Source: the human T2T-CHM13v2.0 reference genome, Homo sapiens. From it: a stretch of DNA of 64,000 nucleotides. The position numbers and the translations under genes are program-made. The stretch lies in the NCBI RefSeq assembly GCF_009914755.1, contig NC_060928.1, one strand, 5' to 3'. How positions within the stretch are numbered: position 1 is the stretch's first letter; each line of letters starts with the position of its first letter. Of this stretch, positions 27,201 to 40,438 are shown in pieces. Under the pieces are notes generated by a model that did not search any database, was not told the DNA's origin, and saw only the letters and a list, made by a program, of their open reading frames with translations.

Positions 27201-30200
27201 CTTTTCATCTTTATTAGTCTGGCTAGCGGACTATCTATTTTGTTAATCTTTTCAAAAAACCAGCTCCTGGGTTCATTGATTTTTTGAAGGATTTTTCGTG
27301 TCTCTGTCTCCTTCAGTTCTGCTCTGATCTTAGTTATTTCTTGAATTCTGCTAGCTTTTGAATTTGTTTGCTCTTGCTTCTCTTTTAATTGTGATGTTAG
27401 GGTGTTGATTTTCAATCTTTCCTGCTTTCTTCTGTGGGGATTTAGTGCTATAAATTTCTCTCTAAACATTGCTTTAACTGTGTCCCAGAGATTCTGGTAC
27501 ATTGTGTCTTTGTTTTCGGTAGTTTCATAGAACTTATTTATCTCTGCCTTAATTTCGTTATTTACCTAGCAGTCATTCAGGAGCAGGTTGTTCAGTTTCC
27601 ATGTAGTTGTGTGGTTTTGAGTGAGTTTCTTAATCCTGAATTCTAATTTGATTGCACTGTGGTCTAAGAGAATGTTTGTTATGATTTCCATTCTTTTGCA
27701 TTTGCTGAGGAGTGTTTTGACCACTTATGTGGTCAGTTTAGAATAAATGCGATGTGGTGCTGAGAAGAATGTATATTCTGTTTATTTGGGGTGGAGAGTT
27801 CTGTAGATGTCTGTTAGGTCCACTTGGTCCAGAGCTGAGTTAAAGAAGTCCTGAATATCCTTGTTAATTTTCTGTCCCGTCGATCTGTCTAATATTGACA
27901 GGTCTCTAAGGACTTGCTTTATGAATCTGGGTGCTCTTGTATTGGGTGCATTTATATTTAAGATAGTTAGCTCTTCTTATTGCATTGATCACTTTACCAT
28001 TATGTAATGCCCTTCTTTGTCTTTTTTGATCTTTGTTGGTTTAAAGTCTGTTTTATCAGAGACTAGGATTGCAACTCCTGAATTTTTTTTTTTTTTTTTT
28101 TTTTTTTTTGCTTTCCATTTGCTTGGTACCATCCCTTTATTCTGAGCCTATGTGTGTCTTCGCACGTGAGATGGGTCTTGTGACTATAGCACACTAATGG
28201 GTCTTAACTTTTTATCCAATTTGCCAGTCTATATCTTTTAATTGGGGCATTTAGCCCATTTACATTTAAGGTTAATATTGTTATGTGTGAATTTGATCCT
28301 GTCATTATGATGCTGGCTGGTTATTTTGCCCATTAGTTTAGGCAGTTTCTTCATAATGTCAATGGTCTTTACAGTTAGATATGTTTTTGCAGTGGCTAGT
28401 ATGGGCTTTTCCTTTCCCTATTTAGTGCTTCCTTCAGGAGCTCTTGTAAGGCAGGCCTGGTGGTGACAAAATCTCTCAGCATTTGCTTGCCTGTAAAGGA
28501 CTTTGTTTAGCTGGATTAGAAATTTTGGGTTGAAAATTCTTTTCTTTAAGAATGTTGAATAGTGGCCCCCTCTCTCTTCTGGCTTGTAGGGTTCCTGAAG
28601 AGATATCTGCTGTTAGTCTGATGTGCTTCCCTTTGTGGGTAACCTGATCTTTCTCTCTGGCTGCCTTTAACATTTTTTCCTTCATTTCAGCCTTAGTGAA
28701 TCTGATGATTATGTGTCTTGGGGTTGCTATTCTCATGGACTTCTTTGTGGTGTTCTCTGTTTTTCTTGAATTTGAATGTTGGCCTGTCTTGCTAGGTTGG
28801 GGAAATGCTCCTGGATAATATCCTGAAGCGTGTTTTCCAACTTGGTTCCATTCTCTCCGTCACTTTCAGGTACAATCAAACATAGGTTTGGTCTTTTCAC
28901 ATAGTCCCATATTTCTTGGAGGCTTTGTTTGTATCTTTTCATTCCTTTTTCTCTAATCTTGTCTTCACACTTTATTGCATTAAGTTGATCTTCAATCTCT
29001 GATATCCTTTATTCAACTTAATCAATTCGGCTATTGATACTTGTGTATGCTTCAGGAAGTTCTCATGCTATGTTTTTCAGCTCCATCAGGTCATTTATGA
29101 TCTTCTCTAAACTGGTTTTTCTAGTTAGCAATTTGTCTAACCTTTTTTCAAGGTTCTTAGCTTCCTTGCATTGGGTTAGAGCATGCTCCTTTAGCTTGGA
29201 GGAGTTTGTTATCACCCACCTTCTGAAGCCTACTTCTGTCAATTTGTCAAACTCATTCTCTGTCCAGTTTTGTTCCCTTGATGGTGAGGAGTTGTGTTCC
29301 TTTGGAGAGAAGAGGTGTTCTGGTTTTTGGAATTTTCTTCTTATGCTGGTATTTCCTCATCTTCCTGGATTTATCTGCCTTTGGTCTTTGATGTTGGTGA
29401 CCTTCGGATGGGGTTTTTGTGTGGACATCTTTTTGTTGATGATGATGCTACTCCTTTCTGTTTGTTAGTTTTCCTTCTAACAGTCAGGCCCCCCTGCTGA
29501 AGGTCTGCTGGAGTTTGCTGGAGGTCCACTCCAGACCCTGTTTGTTTGGGTTTCACCAGCAGAAGCTGCAGAACAGCTAAGATTGCTGCTGGTTTCTTCC
29601 TCTGGAAGGTTCATCCCAGAGGCACACCCTCCAGATGCCAGCCGGAGTTCTCCTGTATGATGTGTCTGTATGAAGTGTCTCCCAGTCAGGAAGCACAGGG
29701 GTCAGGGACCCACTTGAGAAGACAGTCTGTCCCATTTCAGAGCTCCAGCACTGTGCTGGGAGACCTGCTGCTCTCTTCAGAGCGAGCAGGCAGGAACATT
29801 TAAGTCTGCTGAAGCTTCACCCACAGCCGCCCCTTCCCCCAGGTTGTCTGTCCCAGGGAGATGGGAGTTTTATTTATAAGCCCCTGACTGGGGCTGCTGC
29901 CTTTCTTTCAGAGATGCCCTGCCCAGAGAGGAGGAATCTAGAGAGGCAGTCTGGCTACAGTGGCTTTGCTGAGCTGCGATGGGCTCTGCCCAGTTCAAAC
30001 TTCCCTGTGGCCTTGTTTATACTGTGAGGGGAAAATCACCTACTCAAGCCTCAGTAATGGTGGACCCCTCTCCCCCCACCAAGCTCAAGCATCCCATGTC
30101 GACTTCAAACTGCTGTGCTGGCCATGAGGATTTCAAGCCAGTGGATCTCAGCTTGCTGCGCTCCATGGGGGTGGGATCTGCTGAGCTAGACCACTTGGCT

Positions 30201-30664
30201 CCCTGGTTTCATCCCTCTTTCCAGGGGAGTGAATGGTTGTTTATCAATGGCATTCCAGGTGCCACGCTTAGCTCAGTGTCTACCCAAATGGCTGCCCAGT
30301 TTTGTGCTTGAAACCCAGGGCCTGGTGGTGCAGGAAACTGAGGGAATCTTCTGGTCTACAGATTGCAAAAACTATGGGAAAAGCATAGTATCTGGGCTGG
30401 AGTGCACCACTCCTCGTGGCACAGTCCTTCAGGGCTTCCCTTGGCTAGGGAGAGACAGTTCCCTGACTCCTTGTGCTTCCCAGGTCGAGGCGAGTCCCCA
30501 TCCTGCTTTGCCTCACCCTCCACGGGCCGCACCCACTATCTAACAAGTCCCAGTGACATGAGCCGGGTACCTCAGTTGGAAATGCAGAAATCACCTGCCT
30601 TCTGCATTGATCTCACTGGGAGCTGCAGACCAGAGCTGTTCCTATTCAGCCATCTTGCCAGCCA
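24268..30664 (-). mobile_element. Full-length (~6.4 kb) L1PA7/PA8-like LINE-1 with disrupted ORF1 and ORF2
   Basis: Poly-T at left; 5' UTR start (rc ggctggcaagatggctgaataggaacagctc) at right; ORF1 pieces (QEIWDYVKRPNL, TPRHIIIRF) and ORF2 pieces ([20 protein letters not shown]); many stops and indels. Confidence 0.97.
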
Positions 30665-31760
30665 TCTGCATTCCGCCCTGTTTATATTTATTGGTGTTAT
30701 GATTACATAGATATAGAGATGATATGGATCGATATAGAGATATATATGAATCATAAACTTCAAAGGTCCTTTAAGAATTGAATAATCCAACAACCTCATG
30801 TTACTGCTAAAGCCACTCTGCTGGAAGTCTATGGTATTCTTTAAATCCTGTCCTTGAACTAGAACTAAAAATGCATGAAAGAAGTGTTACGTACCAATAC
30901 TCACGATATTGAGTGAGGTTCCTTCCAGGACATCTGTCACCCATTACCGAGGAGGGACATCTTTTTTGCCAACATTCTGAAGCTCATATACGGAAATTCA
31001 ATATTTTCATGTTTAAAATTTTCTAATTTACGTATTAGTGTTTTCCTAAATTTTAGAATATACTCTGCACCTATCTTCATAGAATTTTAGCTTATATGGT
31101 TTAATATGAAATTGTTAATGAAAATTCAGAAAATCATAAGTTTTTCCAAATATTATAGATGACACTAATCTCTATATTCCTACAATAATTTATTCTTCTT
31201 CCTCTTATGGCTGCTGTAACATTTCATTACATGCCCAATTTCCTTTTATACTATAAGCAATCTTGATGACCAGGCCCATGTATCTGGTATTCTAAACATC
31301 TAACATATATTGTATATAGCAAATAGTAAGGGCTGAGTATTTTCAGAGTGAATACGCACTTTGAAAACAAAAACTGAAAATGCAGTGCCATCTGTATTAA
31401 ATAAATGCAGTACCAGATATAATACAAAGGTACATATATTTGAGAATTGTGTTAAGTTTTTGTGCTTATTGAGTGCTGAGAGAAATTTGAGATAATGGTT
31501 TATGCAGCTTTTAATGTGGTTCAAAAGTATTTATTTAAAACCAGGAGACAAACAAAACCGTAAAACAGATTAAATCACTTAAATTGTGTATCCTCTCATT
31601 TATTAAAAATATTATATAGTTTTAAGAAACATTGGCTTGGACTTATCTTTCCTATTTCACAAAATAAATAATATGTCTATCTAAAATATACAAAGGGTTT
31701 CTGTGAATTTTAATTTGTATAACACAATAGTGAGCATGGCCTTTAACAATAATTATATTA

Positions 31761-31962
31761 TGGTCATGCACTGCATAAGGACATTTTCGCCAAGGACGAC
31801 TACTTGTCCATGTTCTCATAAGATTATACTGAAGCTATATAGTGGAGTAGCCTATATCATTGAGGTTTGTGTGAGTACACTCTACAATGTTCACACAAGG
31901 ATGAAATTGCATAATGATGCATTTCTCAGAAGGTGTTCCCTTGGTTAAGTGACACATGACTA
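31761..31962 (+). mobile_element. Short (~200 bp) Tigger3-derived internal-deletion element
   Basis: Both Tigger3 ends present (ggtcatgcactgcataaggacatttt; gcatttctcagaaggtgttcccttggttaagtgacacatgac); TA at the left flank. Confidence 0.75.
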
Positions 31963-32496
31963 CTAACTTTAATTTCTACCTCTGAAACAACTCCTGATTG
32001 ATCTAAGCATGAAGCAATTTTTTCGGCAACAGAGGTGTATGTATGGTGAATGCAGCTCTAGGCATATAGTAATGTTTGTCACACTGTAAGTCCAAGTGTT
32101 CATATACTGAAATCATTGCTGTTACATAATGAAAGACAAATGCTTCAGGACTAAGGAGGAAACAATTTATTTGACCCTACATTTGGTTTTAAAATGAGAG
32201 GCTCTATTGAAATGATTACTAAACCAGACACTAGGATTGCCTAATGTATATGGGACCATCATGTACATGCTATAAGCTCAAGACAGTGAAGAGCATCATT
32301 AACATATCTTGACTCAAATCTCCTTTGGATCATTCCAGAAAAACTCATCCTTGGATGCCTTTTCATTCAAGGCAGCATAAAAATTTGTGTACAGTTTGCA
32401 TGTATGAAAAGTGTATGTTCCCTTTAGCTTTGCTCCTTCTGCTTAAGGGCCACATTGACAAATGTGAAAACATATCGCTACAGAAATAAGCTAGAA

Positions 32497-32720
32497 GAGC
32501 ATTTCTCAGAATGTATTCTGTGTCATACCAGTTTGATTGGACTTCCTCTTTGCAAAAGGAGAAAAGTATTCTGTGATAAAAATAGTTTGGGAAAATTGGT
32601 TAGACATGTTCCTTTATTGTCAGACTTTTTAGCTTTCAAATGCTGTTGTGCATTTTATCTGCCTCCAGATGGGAGAAAGAGGATGCAATATTTTCTAATG
32701 ACTACAAAATCTGTTGTTCA
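32497..32720 (+). mobile_element. Old hAT MITE (MER103/MER94-like)
   Basis: gcatttctcagaatgtattctgtg...ttctgtgataaaaatagtttgggaaa. Confidence 0.45.
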
Positions 32721-32894
32721 AAATGTTATGAAAATAAAGTTATTAAAAATACTTAGAAAAATTTCATTTTTTTCAATGGAAGTGAAAGCAATAATCTATT
32801 AATTGAGAAAACTGAGATGAGTTCAAAAGTTAAAGTCTTTACAGAAAAAAAATTTCAAATGAGAAAAATAATTTTAGGCTGATATATTTAATGC

Positions 32895-33360
32895 CAGTTC
32901 AATACAATACGTTATTTTTCTCTATTCTGTATTTAACTTTTCTCCCAAAATTGGAACCCTGACTCCCAATATCACTGTATTTACTCATTTGCTCAGTCTT
33001 ACAATACACACACACGGTATAATTTCTACTTCTGCACCGTAAAAGGATATGGAAACAAAGAAACTCCGGTGACAATAAGCACACCTTGCCACTATAACTT
33101 GGTTTCTAAATGCTGTTCCCCATTAAAAGTAAAACCTAAGTACTTGGATAAATGATGTATTCCAGGACAAGTATGAAATAATTCTGGAATATCTTATTGT
33201 GCCAGAAACTATTACAATCAATCAAAAAGGAAGATTAAAGTTCAAATACACAAGAACAAGTTTGACAAATCTCCCACTGAGAAAACCTGGGAAGGTAAGT
33301 CTTCATAATAAATAAAGTTATGAATTATAACACGAAACATAAACACATTTATATTTCACT
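32895..33360. mobile_element. L1MC/L1MD 3' UTR fragments in mixed orientation
   Basis: caataagcacacct...cttggtttctaaat..ccattaaaag; tatttactcatttgctca. Confidence 0.55.
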
Positions 33361-33363
33361 TGT

Positions 33364-34013
33364 TGTGATGGCTAACTTTATTGGTAAACTTTACTGGCCA
33401 CAGGGTGCCCGGACATTTATTTGGTCAAACACTATTTTTTATTATTATTATTTTTTTATTATACTCTAAGTTCTGGGGTACATGTAAACAACGTGCAGGT
33501 TTGTTACATAAATATACATGTCGGTTTGCTGCACCCATTGACTCGTCATTTACATTAGGTATTTCTTCTAATGCTATCCCTCCCCCAGTCTCCCATCCCC
33601 CAACAGGCCCCGGTGTGTGTTGTTCCCCTCCCTGTGTCCATGTGTTTTCATTGTTCAGCTCCCACTTATGAGTGAGAACATGCGGTTTTCTGTCCTATTT
33701 TTGTATGTGTGTGAGAACGTTTCTGGACGAGATGAACATTTAAATCAGTATACTAAATAAAGTAGCTTGTCCTCTGTAATATGAGCGGGTTTCATGCAAT
33801 CAATTGCAAACCCCAAGAGGACAGAAAGATTGCCCCCTCCCCCAAGGAGTAAGAGGGAACTCCTGCCTGACTTCTTGAGCTGAATTTTTATTTATTTATT
33901 TATTTATTTCCTGTCTTCAGCCTCAAACTGAAACATCAGTTCTTGAGTCTTGAGCCTGCCAGCTTTCAGACTGGAACACACTGCCTTGGCTTTTCTGTTT
34001 CTCAGGCCTTAGA
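33364..34013 (+). mobile_element. MLT2 (C/D-like) ERVL LTR interrupted by an L1PA 3' end
   Basis: tgtgatggctaactttat..ggccacagggtgcccggacattt..ggtcaaac; gagatgaacatttaaatcag; cttgagcctgccagctttcagactggaac. Confidence 0.85.
33435..33695 (-). mobile_element. L1PA (PA6-8-like) short 3' end
   Basis: tatactctaagttctggggtacatg...cccacttatgagtgagaacatgcgg; short TSD ctatttt. Confidence 0.9.
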
Positions 34014-35867
34014 ATGCTGGAAAATACACGTTGGTAGTAAAAACCAAGCATACAAATTCAGAAATAAAGAAAAGCTTTTCCATACAGTAGAATATCAATT
34101 AATAAATGTAAAAATTACAATTTCTACAATTGTAGAAAAATTACCATTCTACATATTTCATAATAAGAATAAATTCAGGCAAGAATGATCTTTTATAGAG
34201 CATTTTTTCTACATTACTTATAACTTAATTCTTTGTAAGTAAAATTATGAACAATAATTTATTATGCAGCCCACTCAAATATAAAATAATATGTTTTTGT
34301 AGAAAAGTTTTATTACAGTCTGGATGCAATGCTGGTGGTTTTATTCCCCCGCTCCAAATATTCTAAATGTAAGGATGTGACTTCAAATTTCTAGTAACAT
34401 TTTGCCCAGTTATTTAAATTGTGTAGCTTATTCTCCACTGCTATCTCTAATCTTTGGAGTCATTAACTATTGTCTTAATGAATTCTGAGTGCCATATGTT
34501 CTATTCCAATTTTCTTTTTTTTGGTATCATTTTAGCAAACCGCAGAGAATATCCAAGTATAAAATTGACTATTTTGCCTATACCCCATGTTTTTTTCTCT
34601 GTTATAGTTGTTTAGTTTAAACATTTTATTGTTAATGATCTGATGAACCGTACTTTTATATTCATTTTAATTATTTAAAAACAGTTGGCGATATTTGATA
34701 AGTTGTTGAAAAGAAATTAGGAAACCTATAAGAAGTAATAGGAATCTTATAAGAAAAGTTTCTAATAGCAGTTTTATGAATTCATTGATTTTTTTCCATG
34801 TTGACCATGTCTCTATAAGATTGACTAGAAGGATAATGTAACTTTTACATTCTAAGATATTTTATAACATTTAGCTGACTGTGTCCTCATAACACCTAAT
34901 AACATTGTAAGTTTCAATAATTAAGGGCCCTTTTTTCATTTTTTTATATCTCTTTTTTCTCTTAGCCTCTATGAAGGTAGTGTAAGACCACTAGATAATT
35001 TTGACTTGAGACTTAAAACTAAACATTAGTTATAGAAATATAAATTTATCTGGTAATTTTTGGAATATGATATATACAGAATGATATGATTCGAAACTTA
35101 ATTGAGTCAGTTTCCTGTCATAATGAACATATGTCTTATCACTACTTAAAAACCTAATTTGAGATACCTTTTGATGCTGCTGACATCAGGTGACAAGTTC
35201 AAAAAAGTAAAGAAAGAAACTGGACTACTTTCAGAATAGATGAATCTGATCACATGTTTTATTAAAATGGTTAGCTAATCCCTTGATTTACCAAATTCCT
35301 TTGCTTCTCTGAAATAGGAAAGTCAGATATCAAGGCATTTGAAAATGAATTCTCTAGAACCAGAACATATGTTATTAAAAACATCTACCTAGACAACTTC
35401 ATTTTCTCATAAATAATAAGGTATAATTGTCCGAACTCATTATTGCTTTAAAGAAACCCTACATAGAAGAAGAATAGAAGAAACTGATTAGTAAAGAAAG
35501 TATAAATATTTTCCGTTATCAGACTGTCTATATTTGAAGTCAACGGGATACAAATATAGTCTTTCTTTAAAAATAGTGTAAATAATTCTGTTCCTCATGA
35601 TTTAATAACAAATGTTTTATGAGTTTATGTCCTTGTAATATGAATATTTCCATCTAACAAAAGAGATGGAAGAAAATTATGCCAGTTAGCTTGATAAGAT
35701 ATTGCAAGAACAAATTTGCTTTATTCTAAAAAGGCCCAAAGAAGTCTTTTACAAGGAAGAAATATAAATGATAATATCAAACTTCACTAAGGTGGAATTA
35801 GGATATGTTATCTGAATTGCTGAAAAATCAGAATCACTGGAAAATCACTTAAAGATAATCAGCTGTT

Positions 35868-36188
35868 GACCAGGTGCTGTTGCTCTTGCTTGTAATCCCA
35901 GCACTTTGGGAGGCTGAGGTGGGAGGATCACTGGAGGTCAGAAGTTCAAGTCCAGGCTAGCCAACGTGGTGAAATCCTATCTGTACTAAAAATGTCAAAA
36001 ATTATCTGGACAAGGTGGCACATGACTGTAAGTGGCACATGCCTCTCAAGGCTGAGGCACGAGAATCACTTCAACCCAAGAGGCAGAGGTTGCGGTGAGC
36101 CAAAATCATGCCACCGCACTTCAGCCTGGGTGACAGAGAAAGACCCTGTCTCAAAAAAAAAAAAAAAAAAAAAAAAAAAGATCAAGAT
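35868..36188 (+). mobile_element. Old Alu (AluSz/Jb-like)
   Basis: Dimeric Alu with poly-A; TSD aaagataatcagct(g/c)tt (35851-35867, 36189-36205). Confidence 0.93.
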
Positions 36189-36849
36189 AAAGATAATCAG
36201 CTCTTATTACAAAACATAAAGTATGAAGTAATTTTAAATAGTGCTGCCATATAGGTATATGTTAGCATGTCCAAATAAACATCTGGCCTACTTAATTGAC
36301 TAAACAATTATGATTAAATTAGGCAAATCAAGTTCCTGAAAAAGGTAAATAGTTAAATTTGCTTAAATTTAATTTTGCATATGGAATGACTAACCTAGAA
36401 TTTGACACAGAAAAAAAACAAAATGAACATTTTCTATAAATTTAAGTGTCTGAATGAATAAGAGTATTTGAGGAGCTTGTTCCTCTTGAATGCAGTATTT
36501 CACAAATCAGTTTTTATCCTTATGATAATTTTAGTTTTATATAAAGGTAAACTTTTGTTTCATATATTGACTTGGTAAGAAAATTACTGAGAAGTTTATC
36601 TTAGTGAAAATAAAAACTGGAAAAACGTACATTCAAAATAATTTAACACCACTCCTTATATTTAACACTATAGCTTTACATATTAAAATTTTATATAAAA
36701 ACATTTGCAGTAACACTGTAACAGAAAATGTAGAAAAAGAATCTGTGGCCACTCATTTGATTCATTCAAAATTGTCACCAAAAACCCCAGAGAAAAGTCT
36801 ATGAAGGTAGCAACTATCAACTGGAGTGGAAAGGGAGGAAAGAGGTTGC

Positions 36850-38310
36850 TATTTTATTCAGGAGACTTTATTTGTAAGACTTCCTTGATAAAGTGATATT
36901 TGAACAGAGACCTGAAGACATTGGGGAGGCTAGTCATAAAGATATCATAAGGAAGCATTTTTAAGGCAGAGAGAACAGCAAGTACTAAGCCTGGCCTGGA
37001 GTGGTGTGGCGCATTTGAGCAAATTGCAAGGAAGCTAGTGGCACCAGAGTAAGATGAGTAAGGAGAAAAGTGAAAATAGATTAAGTCTAGAGGGTAGTAA
37101 GAGTTTATTTCAAGTAAATTTGCAGGCCATTTTAAGCATTTTGGATTTGTACCTAAAAGGGATAGGAAGCCAATATAGTAGTCCCCTCCTATCCACAGAG
37201 GACACATTCCAAGATCCCCAGTCAATACCTGAAACCACAGGTAGTACTGAACTTTTATTTATGTATATACTCTACATATTTTTTTTTCTTCTACACAGTT
37301 TTATGGATAGATTTGTTTTTACCATATATCTTAGCACCCACAGCGTGCAATTTTTTTTTTTTCTTTTCTTATTGAGATCTTTCCTCTTTTTACTTACAGG
37401 AAGTGCTTTGGCATATCCAAATTACCAGCATCACTAATGTTGTGCTTTGGGGCCATTATTGAGTAAAACAGTAAATTAAAGATTATTTGAACACAGCACT
37501 GCTATACCATGAGAGTGGCTCTGGCAGCTCATATGGTTACTAAGTGACCAACAGATGGGTAGCATATACAATGTGGATACTTGGGACAAAGGGTTGATTC
37601 CTGTCCTGGGTGGAATGGACTGCGATGGTACAACATTTCATCATACTACTCAGAAAGGCACATGATTTAAAGTTTATGTGTGATTTATTTCTGAAATATT
37701 CCATTTAATACTTTGAGACCATGGTTGACAGTGGGTAACTGAAACCACTGAGGGCAAAACCTTGAATAAGGGGAGTGGGAATGCTACTGTAAAATGTTTC
37801 AAGGAGACAATTAAAATTAGCTGATTTGCATGCATTTCAAAAGGCCACTCTCGTGGTGGTATGGAGAATAGAGGAGGCAAATTAAAGTATATCAATCCAG
37901 ATGTGTTGCCATCAAGTTTGGATGTGCTAAAAAGTTGCCATAATCTTCATATTTTTAGGTAGAGCCAACAAGATTTGCTGATTTATTGAATGAGAAGTGT
38001 GAATTAAAAGTAGGAGTCGGGGACAACTGCAGGTTGTTTAACATGAACAACTAAATTGAAGGATGAAGTTATTTTTCATTAAGATGAGGAAGACTAAAGG
38101 AGGTGCATGTCTGAGGAGATGGAAATCTAGAGTTTGAGGAAGGCTTATGATGCCTATTAGACAACTAAGTAAATATGTTAAGTTGGCAGCTGGATGTAGA
38201 GCTCATGGAAAATATATGAATTTGGGAGTCTTTACCATTTAGATACCATTTACTAGATAAAACTACCAAGAAAGAGAGTGAATTATAGAGAAACTAGTCC
38301 AAGGACTGAG
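36850..38310 (-). mobile_element. L2 LINE fragment interrupted by MER44
   Basis: gataaagtgatatttgaacagagacctgaag; aggcagagagaacagcaagt; gtagagccaacaagatttgctgat. Confidence 0.85.
37176..37789 (-). mobile_element. MER44 (Tigger7-derived) DNA transposon
   Basis: TIRs tagtagtcccctcctatcc / gaataagggg..ctactg; TA flanks; ttggcatatccaaattaccagcatcacta...gctttggggccattatt. Confidence 0.88.
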
Positions 38311-38579
38311 ATCTAAGTATAAATTCCTATACTCTAAAAATGTAATACAGGATTAAATTCCTTCATCAGATCTATCAATTCCCATATTTGCAATGCTTGA
38401 AAGTAAAGCTATATCTTTGAAAGTCGAGTAAAAGAATAGTTGCTTGCTTGCATTTCCTATGAACTGCTATTCATTTTATTTTTTAGAATTAGAAAGAAAT
38501 GGAATACATTTTGGCTCCACAGAAAGAGAATAGCATGTATGAGGAGTCTGGATACTGCTTAAAAAGCTATATGCTATTT

Positions 38580-39227
38580 CTCAGGCCTGGCCATACACAA
38601 TTACAAAGACTTTACCTGGGAGGACTCACAGGGAAAGCTGTCCACCTCACGCCAGAATTGGGGCACAGCCAGTGCCTTGCAGCCTCTGAGGGAAGGGGAG
38701 TTGATGTCAAGGACTCAGGCCCCTTTGGCTGGTCACACTCTTTCTCATATTTGTGGTCCTAGTCTCAGAGCCTTTAATCTCAGGCTTCCCTATCTGAGGC
38801 CTTCTCAGAGGTCTTCTTCAAGTGCCTCTGCATAGGCCTCATTTTGGGGAGGAGGGGGAACACAAATGAAGGCACATTTTCTCACCCTTATTCAGACCCT
38901 GGACTTGTCCATTCCTATCCCTCAACTCCCATACTTCTTCCTCAGCCCCAGGGTCCATACAACTTTTAGAGCTTTGTATTCTTGGCTCCCTCAAAAGCCA
39001 GATGACCCCCACATCTTGGCTGATTCCTTAGTGTGCCATTTCATGGTGGTGGGTAGGAAATGGAATGAGCAGGGAGGGAGAGTTGATGTGTTTTTCTTGT
39101 TTAAGATGCTTGCATATACCATTGCAATAAGTGATTAAAGGCTTAACTCTCATTTTTGGCTTGTTGCTTTAATTAGCTACTCCAACACCTGGCAGCTCAG
39201 CTATTTCTCCCAGCTAAGCTCCTGATA
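38580..39227 (+). mobile_element. ERVL LTR (MER54-like, tentative)
   Basis: GC-richer block; 3' end aagtgattaaaggctt...acacctggcagctcag...cagctaagctcctgata resembles the recalled MER54 end. Confidence 0.55.
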
Positions 39228-39590
39228 GTGTAAATTATCATTTTACATATTTTATCAGAACAAATTCAATATTTTTCTTTTTTACCAACCCTGTGTAACT
39301 TTAATTTATATTGCGGTCTTGTCCTGCATTTGACCTGGATTATGATTTTCTTAACATTTTTCTAGCTCAGGTAGTTGTTCTAAAAATTCTATAAGCACTT
39401 CTTGTAGACAAGTGCTCTTCTGCCCATTTGTTAATACAGTCATATTCCCACTAACGCTGTGGTCAGAAATTAATGAATTAATAAATAAACAAATCTTATT
39501 TTATTTATTATTTTTTCTACTGTTAATTCTTCTGGCAAGATTACTAAATAGTTATAGCCCAAATGAATGAATGATAAGCCACAAACTAGG

Positions 39591-40009
39591 TGCTGTTGTT
39601 TGAATGTGTCGCCCAAAAGGCATGTGTTGGAAACTGAATTCCCAAACTCATGTTGAATTTTAATTGCTATTTTAACAGTGTTAAGAGGTGGGACATTTAA
39701 GAGGTGATTAGGCCATGAGGGATCTGTCCTCATGAATGCTCTTATTGCATAATGCTCTTATTGCAATAAGAGATTCCTTATAAAAGGTGAAGTTTGAAGT
39801 TTGGTCCCCTTTTCTTTCTCTCTCTCTCCCCTCTCTTTGTTTTTATGGGTGATGCAGGAAGAAGGACCTTGCCAGATGCTGCCCACTCATTCTTGAACTT
39901 CAGAATCTCCAGAACTGTGAGCCAATAAATTTCTAGTCATTATAATTACCCAGCCTGGGTATTTATCCCAGTGGTATTTTGTTACAGTAGCATAAAACAA
40001 ACTAAGACA
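39591..40009 (+). mobile_element. MST (MSTD-like) MaLR solo LTR
   Basis: tgctgttgtttgaatgtgtc...ccagaactgtgagccaataaatttct...actaagaca. Confidence 0.88.
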
Positions 40010-40018
40010 CCTAGTGTT

Positions 40019-40438
40019 TGTGTTATGCCATTCTTGCATTGCTATAAAGAACTACCCAAGAGTGCACCATTTATAAAGAAAAGAGGTTTAATTGCTGCAT
40101 AGTTTGGAAGGCTGTATAGGAAACATAATGCCAGCATCTGCTTGACTTCTGGGGCAGCCTCAGGAATCTTACAAGCATGGTGGAAGGTGAAGCAGGAGCA
40201 AGCATGTCACATGACAAAAGCAAGAACAAGAGCAGGGGAAGGTGCCACACTTTACAACAAGTAGATTTTGTGATAATTCACTCACTATTGCAAGGGCAGA
40301 ATCAAGGGGATATTGCTAAACCATTCATGAGAAATCCACCACCGTGATCCAATCACCTCCCACCAGGCCCCACCTCCAATACCTGAGATTACACTTCAGC
40401 ATGAAAATTGGGCAGGGACAAATAGCCAAACTATATCA
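40019..40438 (-). mobile_element. MST (MSTA/B-like) MaLR solo LTR
   Basis: cattgctataaagaac...aatcacctcccaccaggccccacctccaa...ccaaactatatca; perfect TSD gtgtt. Confidence 0.92.

Noticed and set aside
24268-30664. Retrotransposition-competent L1
   Set aside because: Numerous stops and frameshifts, deletions (~27900, ~28505), T-tract expansion at 28083-28109, and FADD changed to FSDD.
30929-30945. gacatctgtcacccatt resembling 7SK
   Set aside because: Only ~16 nt with no flanking similarity; chance match.
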